Shown one piece after another: positions 27,460 to 36,705 of a DNA stretch of 64,000 nt (position 1 is the stretch's first letter; every line of letters starts with the position of its first letter). Both the position numbers and the translations under genes were made by a program. The notes beneath the pieces are model-generated. The model was not told where the DNA came from, made no database searches, and saw only the letters and a list, made by a program, of their open reading frames with translations. The DNA comes from a bacterium (GTDB lineage: Bacteria; Babelota; Babeliae; Babelales; RVW-14), in NCBI GenBank assembly GCA_016699045.1, contig CP064957.1, positions 409,784 to 473,783 of the forward strand, in the 5' to 3' direction.

Positions 27460-29256
27460 TTATTTTTTGCCTTTTTTACCTTTGTATTCTTTCTTACCTT
27501 GGTATTTGTTGTATTTGTTGTATTTGCCACCTTGACCGCCTTGAGCTGCCATTGCTTGAAGATTTTTAACTTGGTCCATATAATACTGAATTGGCTGCAA
27601 CGCTGCCTGAACTAATGGATTATTTTGCGACTTAATATTCTTCAAATTTTGTAAATCTTCTTGTACTACAGTCACTACGGCAACTTGCTCATCAAGAGAT
27701 GTATTTGCAGCGTTTGGCATCATTTTAGCTACCACAGCAATATCAGTCAAAGTCTTAACAATCAACTGTGGCATTAGAGCAACAGTATTTCTCGCAGCCT
27801 GAATTGTTGGATTTTGATTTAAAGCAGCTTGAACTGATGAATCACTTGAAACCTCAGGAACAGCCAAAGCAGCATTAACCGCTTGAACTGCCGGTACTAC
27901 AGCAACCATATTTTTTACATTATTCCAATCCGAGATGTTAACTACTAGGCTGGCCAATGTTGCAATGTCAGTCAATGCTTGCGTAATTTGTTGAGCTGAC
28001 GCTGCTGATGTTCCAGAAACTTGAGTAACACCTTGTGGCACAACAAGAGCCGCTCTAATTGCTGGCGTCAAAGCAGCCACAACTGATGGATCATTAGCCA
28101 CAACCGGATCTGTTAAATCGTTGTTAACTGTTTGAACGGCTGACGTCATAGGAGCACCGGTAACTCCTGCATTAACAAGAACACTCAACGCAGCAATATC
28201 GCTCAATGTCCGCGTAACCGCTGGATTTGCAACTGGAGCTGGACCTGCCACTACGACTGGCGGCACTGGGTCAACAGAAACAACTACTGGAGGTACTGGA
28301 GTACCTGTTGGCGTTACTGGACTTACTGCAATCCTACCTTGTAAAGCAGTAATTGCTTGACTCAAAGCAGTTTGAATACTTGAATCCAACGATGGCATAC
28401 CTTGGAATGCTTGCAACGCATTAAGAGCTAATTGAGCTGGCGAAGAACCTGGAGCAGGGTTTGCCAACGCACTCAAAGCCGCTACTATTTTATCAGCTGC
28501 TACTTTTTCAGCTGCTGTTTTTTCAGCCAATATTTGAGCTGCCGCTTGTGTTGCTTGAGCTGCTGCTTGAGCTGCTTTATCTGCTGCTTGAGCTGCTTTT
28601 TCAGCTGCTGCTTGAGCTGCTGCCGTTGCATCAGGCGTTCCAGTCGAAGCTGCTACCGCCGCTGCTTGCGTCGCTGTCGCTGCTGCTTGCGTTGCAACCG
28701 CTGCTGCTTGTGTTGCTGCTGGCGTTCCTGTCGCTGCAGCTGTTACTGCTGCTTGTGTTGCTGCAGCTGCTGCTGTCGTTGCAGCTACTGCTGCTGCTGC
28801 CGACGTACCAGTCGCTGCTGATTCAGCTACTGCTTGCGTTGCCGAAGCTGCTGCTTGCGTTGCTGCTTGAGTTGCTGCCGCTGCTACCGGTGCCGAAGGA
28901 GTTGACCCCACTGCCGTCAAGCTTGCAATTACGGGAGTAATTGCTTTTTGATCAGCTTTTGATAACAATGGGGAAGAACTTAAAAATTGAAGCAATGTCT
29001 GTAATTGAGTAACACTCGCTGCATGTTCGCTTATCAATTGCATTAGCAAATTAGCAAACGCTTGCTGCGTTTGAGCAGTAAAAGTACCCGCGCTATTAGA
29101 AGTAGCCAACGATGTAACATTATTTATCAATGTACTATCAATCGATTGTCCACTGAATTGATTGATCGAATTTTGAACTGACGCATCATCTGCGTAAGCC
29201 ATGCTGGTTGCCAACATCGCAACCCCAGCAAGTGATTTTATAAACTTCTTATTCAT
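27460..29256 (-). CDS. Secreted Ala/Thr/Gln-rich repeat protein with Lys-rich C-terminal tail (family A, member 1)
   Basis: Signal peptide MNKKFIKSLAGVAMLATSMAYA. Conserved module AGTFTAQTQQAFANLL...SSSPLLSKADQKAITPVI. ~138-aa A/T/Q tract. Three ~65-aa LTDIA..L..LV repeats. Tail GGKYNKYNKYQGKKEYKGKKGKK. Confidence 0.6.
   Translation of the reverse strand: MNKKFIKSLAGVAMLATSMAYADDASVQNSINQFSGQSIDSTLINNVTSLATSNSAGTFTAQTQQAFANLLMQLISEHAASVTQLQTLLQFLSSSPLLSKADQKAITPVIASLTAVGSTPSAPVAAAATQAATQAAASATQAVAESAATGTSAAAAVAATTAAAAATQAAVTAAATGTPAATQAAAVATQAAATATQAAAVAASTGTPDATAAAQAAAEKAAQAADKAAQAAAQATQAAAQILAEKTAAEKVAADKIVAALSALANPAPGSSPAQLALNALQAFQGMPSLDSSIQTALSQAITALQGRIAVSPVTPTGTPVPPVVVSVDPVPPVVVAGPAPVANPAVTRTLSDIAALSVLVNAGVTGAPMTSAVQTVNNDLTDPVVANDPSVVAALTPAIRAALVVPQGVTQVSGTSAASAQQITQALTDIATLASLVVNISDWNNVKNMVAVVPAVQAVNAALAVPEVSSDSSVQAALNQNPTIQAARNTVALMPQLIVKTLTDIAVVAKMMPNAANTSLDEQVAVVTVVQEDLQNLKNIKSQNNPLVQAALQPIQYYMDQVKNLQAMAAQGGQGGKYNKYNKYQGKKEYKGKKGKK
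28483..28896 (-). repeat. Low-complexity GCTGC/TTG-rich DNA encoding the A/T/Q tract
   Basis: Imperfect reiteration of gctgc(t/c)gc(t/a)tg(a/c/t)g units. All frames on the opposite strand are also open, giving spurious Cys/Leu-rich ORFs. Confidence 0.7.
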
Positions 29257-29276
29257 GATTAAATTCTCCTATTTTT

Positions 29277-30074
29277 TTAATTTTGATCAGCGGATTGATC
29301 ATCTACAACTGAGTCTTCTGTCTCGGCATTGTCTGCTGCTACAGTTGTACCTGATGTGGCAGTAGTGGTACTTTTGGTTACTTTTTTCCCTTTACCTTTT
29401 TTACGTATTTTTTTGCCTGTTTTTTGACTACCAACATTGCCTACAGCTTTTTTACCAGCTTTTTTCACTTTGCCTACTTTAACTTTTCCGGCACGAGCTT
29501 TCTTAATATTCTTAGCGACTTGAGCTTTCGTAGAAACTTGTTTCTTACCAACGGAAGGTTGCCCCAACGTTGGAACATTTTGCATAGCTTGTGGCAAATT
29601 CGGTATCAATGTCGAGATAACATATTGTTGTTGTGCTTGTGCCAAAAGAGGCGAAGTACTTGCTTGTACTAACAAATTGCGCATTGCAGTTGTAAGATCA
29701 TTATGTTCTTTTAATACTTGTGCAACGCCACTACCAACCGCACGATGCGTTTTACCGGTAAAATCGCCAGCATCTGCTTCTGAGGCCAATTTAACCAATT
29801 CATTTATTTTATCAGCGTGCGATTTGTTACTTAAATCTTGCAATGACTTTTGAATGCTTTCATCGGTAAGATCTTTGGTAGAGGCTTTTGCCGAACCAGC
29901 CGGTTTAACAGCGACTAGCTTTTTAACTTTAACTACCTTCTTAGCTTTTTTCTTACCCGTTTTACCCGTCTTGACTGTCTTGACTGTCGAGTCTGATTTA
30001 GCTGCAAACATGGCACTTGATGCCAACGTAAGGGCTATTAACAAGAGCCCACTCAAACTTATCTTCTTCATCAT
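29277..30074 (-). CDS. Secreted Lys-rich protein (family A, member 2)
   Basis: Signal peptide MMKKISLSGLLLIALTLASSAMFA. Module AGDFTGKTHRAVGSGVAQVL...STSPLLAQAQQQYVISTLIPNL. Lys-rich blocks after the signal peptide and near the C-terminus, plus an acidic end. Confidence 0.6.
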   Translation of the reverse strand: MMKKISLSGLLLIALTLASSAMFAAKSDSTVKTVKTGKTGKKKAKKVVKVKKLVAVKPAGSAKASTKDLTDESIQKSLQDLSNKSHADKINELVKLASEADAGDFTGKTHRAVGSGVAQVLKEHNDLTTAMRNLLVQASTSPLLAQAQQQYVISTLIPNLPQAMQNVPTLGQPSVGKKQVSTKAQVAKNIKKARAGKVKVGKVKKAGKKAVGNVGSQKTGKKIRKKGKGKKVTKSTTTATSGTTVAADNAETEDSVVDDQSADQN

Positions 30075-30274
30075 CGATCTCCTTATTATTTCGATTCCTC
30101 AGCTTTCGCTGTAATCTCTTCCACTTCCTTTACTACTTTCTTACTTATTTACTTGTCGCTCATAATGAGATGCTTTGGTAACAGCGTAAGATTCTGTTCC
30201 TGCACCAAAGTTTAAAAAATAGCCTGCACTATGTTTCCACTCATCTCATATCTCCTCTTTTCATCATAATTCAT

Positions 30275-31549
30275 TTAATTCACACTATTCGTTTTAGGAT
30301 TTTTTTTCATCATCTTTTTGCCAATCTTGGCTCCCTTTCGAGCGCCACTTTTTTGCTGTTGAGCTTTTTTCCGTTGTTTTTTAGTGCCTACTCTTTTGCC
30401 AGGCTTGGTTGGAGTACCCGCTTGATTATCACGTACTACCACCACAGGCTTGATCTGCTCCGGTATCATGGTCGAAGAAACGTACGTTTGTTGGTCTTTA
30501 GTTAAAAGTGGAGACGTACGCGCTGCATTAAGCAAATCAAGTGTTTTCTTTGCAATATCTTTACTTTGCGTAGCAAGCGCTACCAATGCATCCGCATATG
30601 CTTGCTGCGTTGCGGTACTAAAAGCACCCGCACTAGCCCCTGCTGTTAATTTTGACAAAAAGCGCAACCGATCATCAAGCAACGGCTGTTTGCTAATACT
30701 TGCCAGCAAGCGCGTTACGCGGTCATCAGTCAATACTTGCTGCGTCACGTCTGCCGACTCAACCATTGATGCATTTGCTACCGTCGCAACCGCTGGCGAT
30801 ACACCAAGCACATTTGCTTGTTTTAAATCTTTGAATTTGTCCAACGCTGGCAATAATTGCTGGCTTACATACTGACGACGCACCTTATCCAGCAAAGGTA
30901 CATTGCCTTGCAAAACGTTTCGCATCAACTCACGCAATTGCGCTTGTGCCTGATCAGACTGACTGGCGCGTTGATCGTACAACTGAACAAGTGATTTATA
31001 AAACATATCACGAATGCCAGCATTAAGAACCACTCGCAAGCCACCCTTGGTAGAAAAGTTAGTTGGATTTGCAAGCGCTGAAAGACTTTGCAAACTATCC
31101 TGAAAGGTAGTTTTTTGTGCTGCCGCCATAACAAGACTCTTTAAAAGTCTTGGCACCATGGTTTTTGCCACATACTTTTGCTGGACCGGAGAAAGCAATG
31201 AACTCGCTTGTGCTCGAGAAAGAATCGGCAACATGGCAAGCTGCGTACCTTCAGTTGTAGCCAATTTGTTGGTAGCATCAAGTAAATTACCAAAATCAGT
31301 TTTGGTTCTAGCATTAAATGTCGCCCTACCAGAACGGTCAAGCAACAAAGATAGCGCTTGAATTTTCTGATCCACAACTGCCATAGCCCCAATTTTGGTA
31401 AAATAACTCTTAATAAGGGTATCAATATCTGCCTGACTTGCAAAATTGTCTGGAATATTAAAAGCCGCAAAAGCAACGGAATGCATTGTCAGCACAGCTA
31501 CCGCCAGCAACACACACACTTTCCTTACCATTGAGCACAATGTCGTCAT
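30275..31549 (-). CDS. Secreted protein (family A, member 3) with 2-3 copies of the family module and a Lys-rich tail
   Basis: Signal/anchor VCVLLAVAVLTMHSVAFA. Modules ...SSLLSPVQQKYVAKTMVPRL, ...VPLLDKVRRQYVSQQLLPAL and AGAFSTATQQAYADALVAL...RTSPLLTKDQQTYVSSTMIPEQ. Tail GKRVGTKKQRKKAQQQKSGARKGAKIGKKMMKK. Confidence 0.6.
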   Translation of the reverse strand: MTTLCSMVRKVCVLLAVAVLTMHSVAFAAFNIPDNFASQADIDTLIKSYFTKIGAMAVVDQKIQALSLLLDRSGRATFNARTKTDFGNLLDATNKLATTEGTQLAMLPILSRAQASSLLSPVQQKYVAKTMVPRLLKSLVMAAAQKTTFQDSLQSLSALANPTNFSTKGGLRVVLNAGIRDMFYKSLVQLYDQRASQSDQAQAQLRELMRNVLQGNVPLLDKVRRQYVSQQLLPALDKFKDLKQANVLGVSPAVATVANASMVESADVTQQVLTDDRVTRLLASISKQPLLDDRLRFLSKLTAGASAGAFSTATQQAYADALVALATQSKDIAKKTLDLLNAARTSPLLTKDQQTYVSSTMIPEQIKPVVVVRDNQAGTPTKPGKRVGTKKQRKKAQQQKSGARKGAKIGKKMMKKNPKTNSVN

Positions 31550-31680
31550 GATACTCCTTCCTTATTATTACCGCCTACTACTTACAAAAATATCAAATAG
31601 CAATTACTAATTGCAATGATTTTAGTAAAAATTATAAGAACGAAAGCATTTTCAAGAATAAAAGCCTCAAGAATAAGCAA

Positions 31681-31709
31681 TTGACAGAGGCCCGAATATC
31701 CATTACATT
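31681..31709 (+). promoter_or_regulatory. Candidate sigma70-type promoter of the HMGR-HMGCS-thiolase operon
   Basis: TTGACA (31681..31686), 17-nt spacer, TACATT (31704..31709), about 55 nt upstream of the GTG at 31764. Confidence 0.3.
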
Positions 31710-31763
31710 CCACGATATTCTTCAAATTAGAGATAAACAAGCAAGCCAAAATAGACTGATCTC

Positions 31764-33041
31764 GTGGTGGTTACATTGAAAGACAAAAACAGTCGAATCC
31801 CTGCTTTTCATAAAAAATCCCTCAGCGAGCGTTTAAAATACGTCGAAACCTTTGCCAACCTTACTCATCAAGAAATCAAAGAGCTAGAGTCGGGGGCCTC
31901 CCTTCCCATTCCTCTCGCCGAAAAAATGAGCGAAAATGTCATCTCAGTCATGTCTTTGCCTTTTGGCGTCGCCACCAATTTCATGATCAACGGTCAAGAT
32001 TATCTGATTCCAATGGTCACTGAAGAACCAAGCGTCATTGCAGCCGCCTCGCACGGCGCCAAACTCGCGCGAAATGCCGACGGTTTTACCACTAGTTGCG
32101 GCTATCCACTCATGATTGGCCAAATATTGTTAGCAAATATATCCAATTCTGCTAACGCACTCGAAGCTTTGAACAACAAAAAAAGAGAGCTCCTTGCGCT
32201 TGCCAACCAACTCGACCCCATACTGCTCGAGCATGGCGGAGGGGCAGTAGATCTGACTGCTCAAGAGCTTGTACTCAACAAAGACCTATGCCTTTCTATA
32301 AAATTGCACGTGAATGTCGGTGATGCCATGGGCGCCAACATTGTTAACACCATGACAGAATTTATTGCACCACTCATTCAAAAAGTATGCGGTGGCCTGG
32401 TCAGATTGTGTATTGTTTCAAATTTTTCTCCCGATCGCTTAGTCCACGTTACCGGCACCTGGGACCAAGAAACGCTGGGGTTACCAACTATCGATGCTAT
32501 CATACAAGCCAGTGCCTTTGCAGCAGCCGATATCTATCGAGCCGTAACACACAATAAAGGAATTATGAACGGCGTTATTGCGGTCGCGTTGGCCACCGGC
32601 AACGATACCCGGGCCATCGAAGCAGGAGCACATGGGTACGCCGCTCTCACGGGCCGCTACCAACCACTTAGCTGGTATGAAAAAAATGAAGCAGGCGATT
32701 TAGTGGGACACCTAGCAATGCCCCTACCCATCGCAACCGTTGGCGGAATAACTAAAAGTCATCCAACTGCCTGTATCGCCAGAAAAATTCTTACCATTAC
32801 CAGCGCACAAGAACTTGCCGGCGTTACTGCAGCTGTAGGACTGGCACAAAACTTTGCCGCCCTGCGTGCATTGGTAACTGAAGGAATTCAGCACGGGCAC
32901 ATGCGACTGCACAGCCAAAACATTGCCATTACCGCGGGCGCTACCGGCCAGGCTATCGACAATATTGCCCACCAAATGATCACAAAGAAAAAAATTTCAG
33001 TTGCGCATGCGCGCACACTTTTGACGAAAGGGTCCCTATGA
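31764..33041 (+). CDS. mvaA: HMG-CoA reductase, class II
   Basis: ENVISVMSLPFGVATNFMINGQDYLIPMVTEEPSVIAAASHGAK, VGDAMGANIVNTM, GNDTRAIEAGAHGYA, EGIQHGHMRLH. About 425 aa with no membrane domain. GTG start. Confidence 0.9.
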   Translation: MVVTLKDKNSRIPAFHKKSLSERLKYVETFANLTHQEIKELESGASLPIPLAEKMSENVISVMSLPFGVATNFMINGQDYLIPMVTEEPSVIAAASHGAKLARNADGFTTSCGYPLMIGQILLANISNSANALEALNNKKRELLALANQLDPILLEHGGGAVDLTAQELVLNKDLCLSIKLHVNVGDAMGANIVNTMTEFIAPLIQKVCGGLVRLCIVSNFSPDRLVHVTGTWDQETLGLPTIDAIIQASAFAAADIYRAVTHNKGIMNGVIAVALATGNDTRAIEAGAHGYAALTGRYQPLSWYEKNEAGDLVGHLAMPLPIATVGGITKSHPTACIARKILTITSAQELAGVTAAVGLAQNFAALRALVTEGIQHGHMRLHSQNIAITAGATGQAIDNIAHQMITKKKISVAHARTLLTKGSL

Positions 33042-34090
33042 TTGGTGGCATTATGGGCTACGGGGCTTACATTCCACGCTACCGAATCAGCGTTGAAAAA
33101 CTCGCACAAGCTCTTGACGACAATGCTACACAGATTATCAACTCACTAGCAATTGCCGAAAAATCAGTCCCGGGCAAAGATGAAGATAGCCTCACGATGG
33201 TCGTTGCTGCGGCAAAAAATGCTTTAAAACGGGCAACGTTACCAGCACCATCACTGCAAGCAGTTTATGTTGGCAGCGAAAGCCATCCCTACGCCGTCAA
33301 ACCTTCCGCAACAATTTTAGGTGAAGCTTTAGGGATTGGCACCAATTATATGGCTGCCGATTTTGAATTTGCTTGCAAAGGCGGCACCGCTGCCCTGCAA
33401 GCCGCTCTTGGTGTGGTTAAGGCTGGGATGGCCTCGTACGCGTTGGCCGCCGGCAGCGATACCGCTCAAGCAAAGCCAACAGATATTTTAGAATATGCCG
33501 CCGCCGCTGGGTCCGCCGCTTTTATTGTTTCAAACAATCTTGATGAAGCGTGCGCAATTGTTGAACGAACATTATCGTACAGTTCAGACACGCCAGATTT
33601 TTGGCGTCGTTCATCAGCTGCCTACCCAGAACATGGCGGACGTTTTACTGCACAACCAGCTTACTTTGCGCATGTTGTGGCGGCAACACAACAACTTTTA
33701 ACGGCACACAACCTCAAACCAACCGACATCGATCATGTTATTTTTCATCAACCAAATGGTAAATTCCCCGTGATGGCCGCCAGGCAACTTGGTTTTTCTC
33801 GGGCCCAACTGGCCAACGGCTTACTTGTTGAAAAAATGGGCAACTCGTACAGCGCTAATTCACTTTTGGGTCTTACGGCGGTACTGGACAACGCACTACC
33901 CAACCAAACTATTCTATTAGTTAGTTATGGCAGCGGCAGCGGCTGCGATGCTTTCGTAATTAAAACAACTGAAAAAATTTTATCGGTCCAAAATAAAGCA
34001 CGTCGCACCCAAGAATATTTGGCAGAAAAAAAGTATATTTCCTACGCAACATATCTTCATCATTTAACCTGCTTGTACGGTGCATTATGA
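33038..34090 (+). CDS. HMG-CoA synthase, short archaeal type
   Basis: 350 aa. GIMGYGAYIPRYRI, KDEDSLTMVVAAAKNAL, VGSESHPYAVKPSA, EFACKGGTAAL (catalytic Cys region). ATGA overlap with mvaA. Confidence 0.85.
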   Translation: MIGGIMGYGAYIPRYRISVEKLAQALDDNATQIINSLAIAEKSVPGKDEDSLTMVVAAAKNALKRATLPAPSLQAVYVGSESHPYAVKPSATILGEALGIGTNYMAADFEFACKGGTAALQAALGVVKAGMASYALAAGSDTAQAKPTDILEYAAAAGSAAFIVSNNLDEACAIVERTLSYSSDTPDFWRRSSAAYPEHGGRFTAQPAYFAHVVAATQQLLTAHNLKPTDIDHVIFHQPNGKFPVMAARQLGFSRAQLANGLLVEKMGNSYSANSLLGLTAVLDNALPNQTILLVSYGSGSGCDAFVIKTTEKILSVQNKARRTQEYLAEKKYISYATYLHHLTCLYGAL

Positions 34091-35244
34091 ACATTGCGAT
34101 TATCGGCATTGGCCAAACAAAATTCGGTGAATTGTGGGAAAGTTCGCTGCAAGATTTACTTGCATACAGCCAACTTGCAGCCCTCAAAGATGCTAATATT
34201 TCAGCACAAGAAATTGAAGCACTGGTGGTCGGCAACATGTGTGGAGAAAGTACCGGAGGTCAAGTACATCTTGGCGCACTAGCTGCACATATTTTAAATC
34301 TCAATGTTCCAAGTATGCGCGTTGAAGGAGCCTGTGCATCAGGTGCGTTAGCACTGCAACAAGGTATAGCACTTATTGAAGCCGGCAAGGCAGAAGTAGT
34401 ACTAGTCAGCGGCGTTGAAAAATTAACTGATGTTGATGCCGGCACACTGGCAACGAGTATGATTGGCGCCAGCTTACAGGAAACAGATCATTTTGTGGGC
34501 CTTACTTTCCCAAGCCTTTTTGCACTCATCACGCGTTTATATTTTAATGAGCACGGCATTACGCGTAAGCACCTTGCACACGTGAGCGTTAAAAATCATT
34601 TGCACGCAAGCTTAAACCCCAACGCACATTTTACCAAAGACATTTCTCTTGAAACGGCGCTACACGCACCAATGGTCGCCGACCCACTGGGTCTTTTTGA
34701 CTGCGCACCAGTTTCTGACGGCGCTGCATCGATCATTATCACAACACCAGAATTTGCGAAACGCAAAGGCATCAAGCCGGTGTTGATCATTGGCTCTGGC
34801 GTTGCCACTGATTCATTAATGTTTGGCGAACGCACGACACTCACATCTTTTGTCGCCACAAAATTAGCCGCACATAGTGCTTATCAACAAGCTGGCATTG
34901 AGCCGGAAAATATTGATCTGGTTGAAGTGCACGATGCATTTACCATGGCCGAAATTATGGCGCTTGAAGATTTAGGTTTTTTTGAACCGGGACAAGCAGC
35001 TTACGCAACACAAAAAGGCACCACAAAATTCAATGGCACCCTACCCGTCAACATGTCTGGTGGACTCAAAGCACAAGGACATCCCGTTGGCGCCACTGGC
35101 CTTGCACAAATTATTGAACTTATCAGACAGCTACGCGGCACTGCCGGCAAACGACAAATTGCCAATGCACGCACTGGCCTTGCACACAACATGGGCGGCA
35201 TTGGCTCTACCGTAGCGGTTCATATTCTTGCAAGTAACCATTGA
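34087..35244 (+). CDS. Acetyl-CoA C-acetyltransferase (thiolase), archaeal/SCP-x-like type
   Basis: MNIAIIGIGQTKFGE, RVEGACASGALAL (active-site Cys), NMSGGLKAQGHPVGATG, NMGGIGS. ATGA overlap with the HMGCS gene. Confidence 0.85.
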   Translation: MNIAIIGIGQTKFGELWESSLQDLLAYSQLAALKDANISAQEIEALVVGNMCGESTGGQVHLGALAAHILNLNVPSMRVEGACASGALALQQGIALIEAGKAEVVLVSGVEKLTDVDAGTLATSMIGASLQETDHFVGLTFPSLFALITRLYFNEHGITRKHLAHVSVKNHLHASLNPNAHFTKDISLETALHAPMVADPLGLFDCAPVSDGAASIIITTPEFAKRKGIKPVLIIGSGVATDSLMFGERTTLTSFVATKLAAHSAYQQAGIEPENIDLVEVHDAFTMAEIMALEDLGFFEPGQAAYATQKGTTKFNGTLPVNMSGGLKAQGHPVGATGLAQIIELIRQLRGTAGKRQIANARTGLAHNMGGIGSTVAVHILASNH

Positions 35245-35340
35245 CCAGCACTTCTTTTTTGGCATAATTTTTTAGCGTGCTATAATCCAGTCATAACAAA
35301 AGATCGAAATCATTTTTTTTAAAATTATGGAGAATCTGTT

Positions 35341-35982
35341 ATGAAGAAAACATTTCACTACTCGCTAATTTTTGCTGTAATATTTGCCAGCACCGCCATA
35401 GCAGCAGGAACTGCTACAGAAAAAGAATTTTCCATCTGCCCAAGCATTCCCGATGACTTTTGCCTTGAAGACAAACAACTGATCACGGCGGTAAAAAAAG
35501 GGCTTCACGAAGCATTAGAACGAATTCTTCTTTTCCATAAAAATGTTAATCTTGAATATGAAGAAGGCTCGTTGCTTCATCATGCAGCGAGTGAAGGACA
35601 TCTTAAATGTGCTGAATTACTCGTTAATAACGGTGCTGATATTTCTGCCACCACACCACACGGCGGCACACCTCTCCATTGCGCTGCATGGAAAGGCTAC
35701 ACAGACATCGTACAATTTCTTTTGAATAATAATGCACCAATTAATGCAATTAATTTCATTGAACAAGCAACACCATTACATTGGGCAGCAAAACAAAATC
35801 ACACTAATTGCATAGCGCTGCTTCTAGCTGCCGGCGCCAACCCAACACTAAAAAATGCCACAAACAAAACAGCAGCAGATTACGCAGAAGAACTCGGTCA
35901 CCAAGAGCTTGCAGCCCTACTACGCACAGCAGAAATAACATGGCAAAAAGAACATAAGCAAAAAGCGTGTACCATATCATGA
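35341..35982 (+). CDS. Secreted ankyrin-repeat protein
   Basis: Signal peptide MKKTFHYSLIFAVIFASTAIAAG. ANK repeats SLLHHAASEGHLKCAELLVNNGADI, TPLHCAAWKGYTDIVQFLLNNNAPI, TPLHWAAKQNHTNCIALLLAAGANP. Confidence 0.9.
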   Translation: MKKTFHYSLIFAVIFASTAIAAGTATEKEFSICPSIPDDFCLEDKQLITAVKKGLHEALERILLFHKNVNLEYEEGSLLHHAASEGHLKCAELLVNNGADISATTPHGGTPLHCAAWKGYTDIVQFLLNNNAPINAINFIEQATPLHWAAKQNHTNCIALLLAAGANPTLKNATNKTAADYAEELGHQELAALLRTAEITWQKEHKQKACTIS

Positions 35983-36677
35983 AAAAAATATTATTAAAAA
36001 TAGGCTTACTGTTTGGCATATTTTTTAGCTTTGGATCGTTATTCTCAACAAACATTTCAGATATAGACATGTTAATGTCGCTCAATTTTAATCAAAAAAT
36101 AGATACACTCAATCTACTCATTAAAACAACACCAAAAGACGCTTTAAATGAAGCAATACAACAAGATATTAAAGCTATTTTTATGAGTCTTTTTTACGAA
36201 CTGCCAACACAAGGGCCAGAAGAAAAACTTGCGTTCAAAAAACTCTTGCTCAATCTTTTGCAGTCACCACTTCCATCGCACGAGCAGCGAGATTACATAA
36301 CCAAATTGGTACTGCCACTCATAGACCCTTCAGGCAATTATGTTATTCCAACGCCAGAAACGCAACGCGCTCTACCAACAACAGAAGAAAAACAAGAACC
36401 GACAGTAAAAGATTCTGCCGAAGAACAAGGACGCATTTTGCAGGAACCACTCATGGTTCCTGTCATTACCAAAGCATGGGTGGTAAATGAAGATGGCAAC
36501 CGTGAACAAATAACTGATATTACCTTTAGAACTATCGCACCAAAAACAGCGCAACCAACATCAGAAAAAAAAACAACGGGTGCCCCGCCAAGTATCATAC
36601 CAACGCCAGAAGAAGGCGTGCGCTTTGGCAAAGGTCGCAGGCCACTGAGCAAACGAGCAGGCATTTATCGCTGCTGA
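35979..36677 (+). CDS. Hypothetical secreted protein, possible distant relative of family A
   Basis: The ATG at 35979 overlaps the ankyrin stop (ATGA). Signal peptide MKKILLKIGLLFGIFFSFGSLFS. The segment LLQSPLPSHEQRDYITKLVLPLI resembles the family A motif SPLL..DQQ.Y....(I/V)P. Basic C-terminal end. Confidence 0.45.
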   Translation: MKKILLKIGLLFGIFFSFGSLFSTNISDIDMLMSLNFNQKIDTLNLLIKTTPKDALNEAIQQDIKAIFMSLFYELPTQGPEEKLAFKKLLLNLLQSPLPSHEQRDYITKLVLPLIDPSGNYVIPTPETQRALPTTEEKQEPTVKDSAEEQGRILQEPLMVPVITKAWVVNEDGNREQITDITFRTIAPKTAQPTSEKKTTGAPPSIIPTPEEGVRFGKGRRPLSKRAGIYRC

Positions 36678-36705
36678 TATTATTTCACAAAAAACAAGGC
36701 CCATC

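Noticed and set aside
28432-28940. Two long plus-strand ORFs (129 and 159 aa) encoding Cys/Arg/Ser-rich and Leu-rich peptides.
   Set aside because: They lie antisense to the Ala/Thr/Gln tract of gene 27460..29256. They stay open only because of the GCTGC low-complexity repeat. They have no start context or meaningful sequence.
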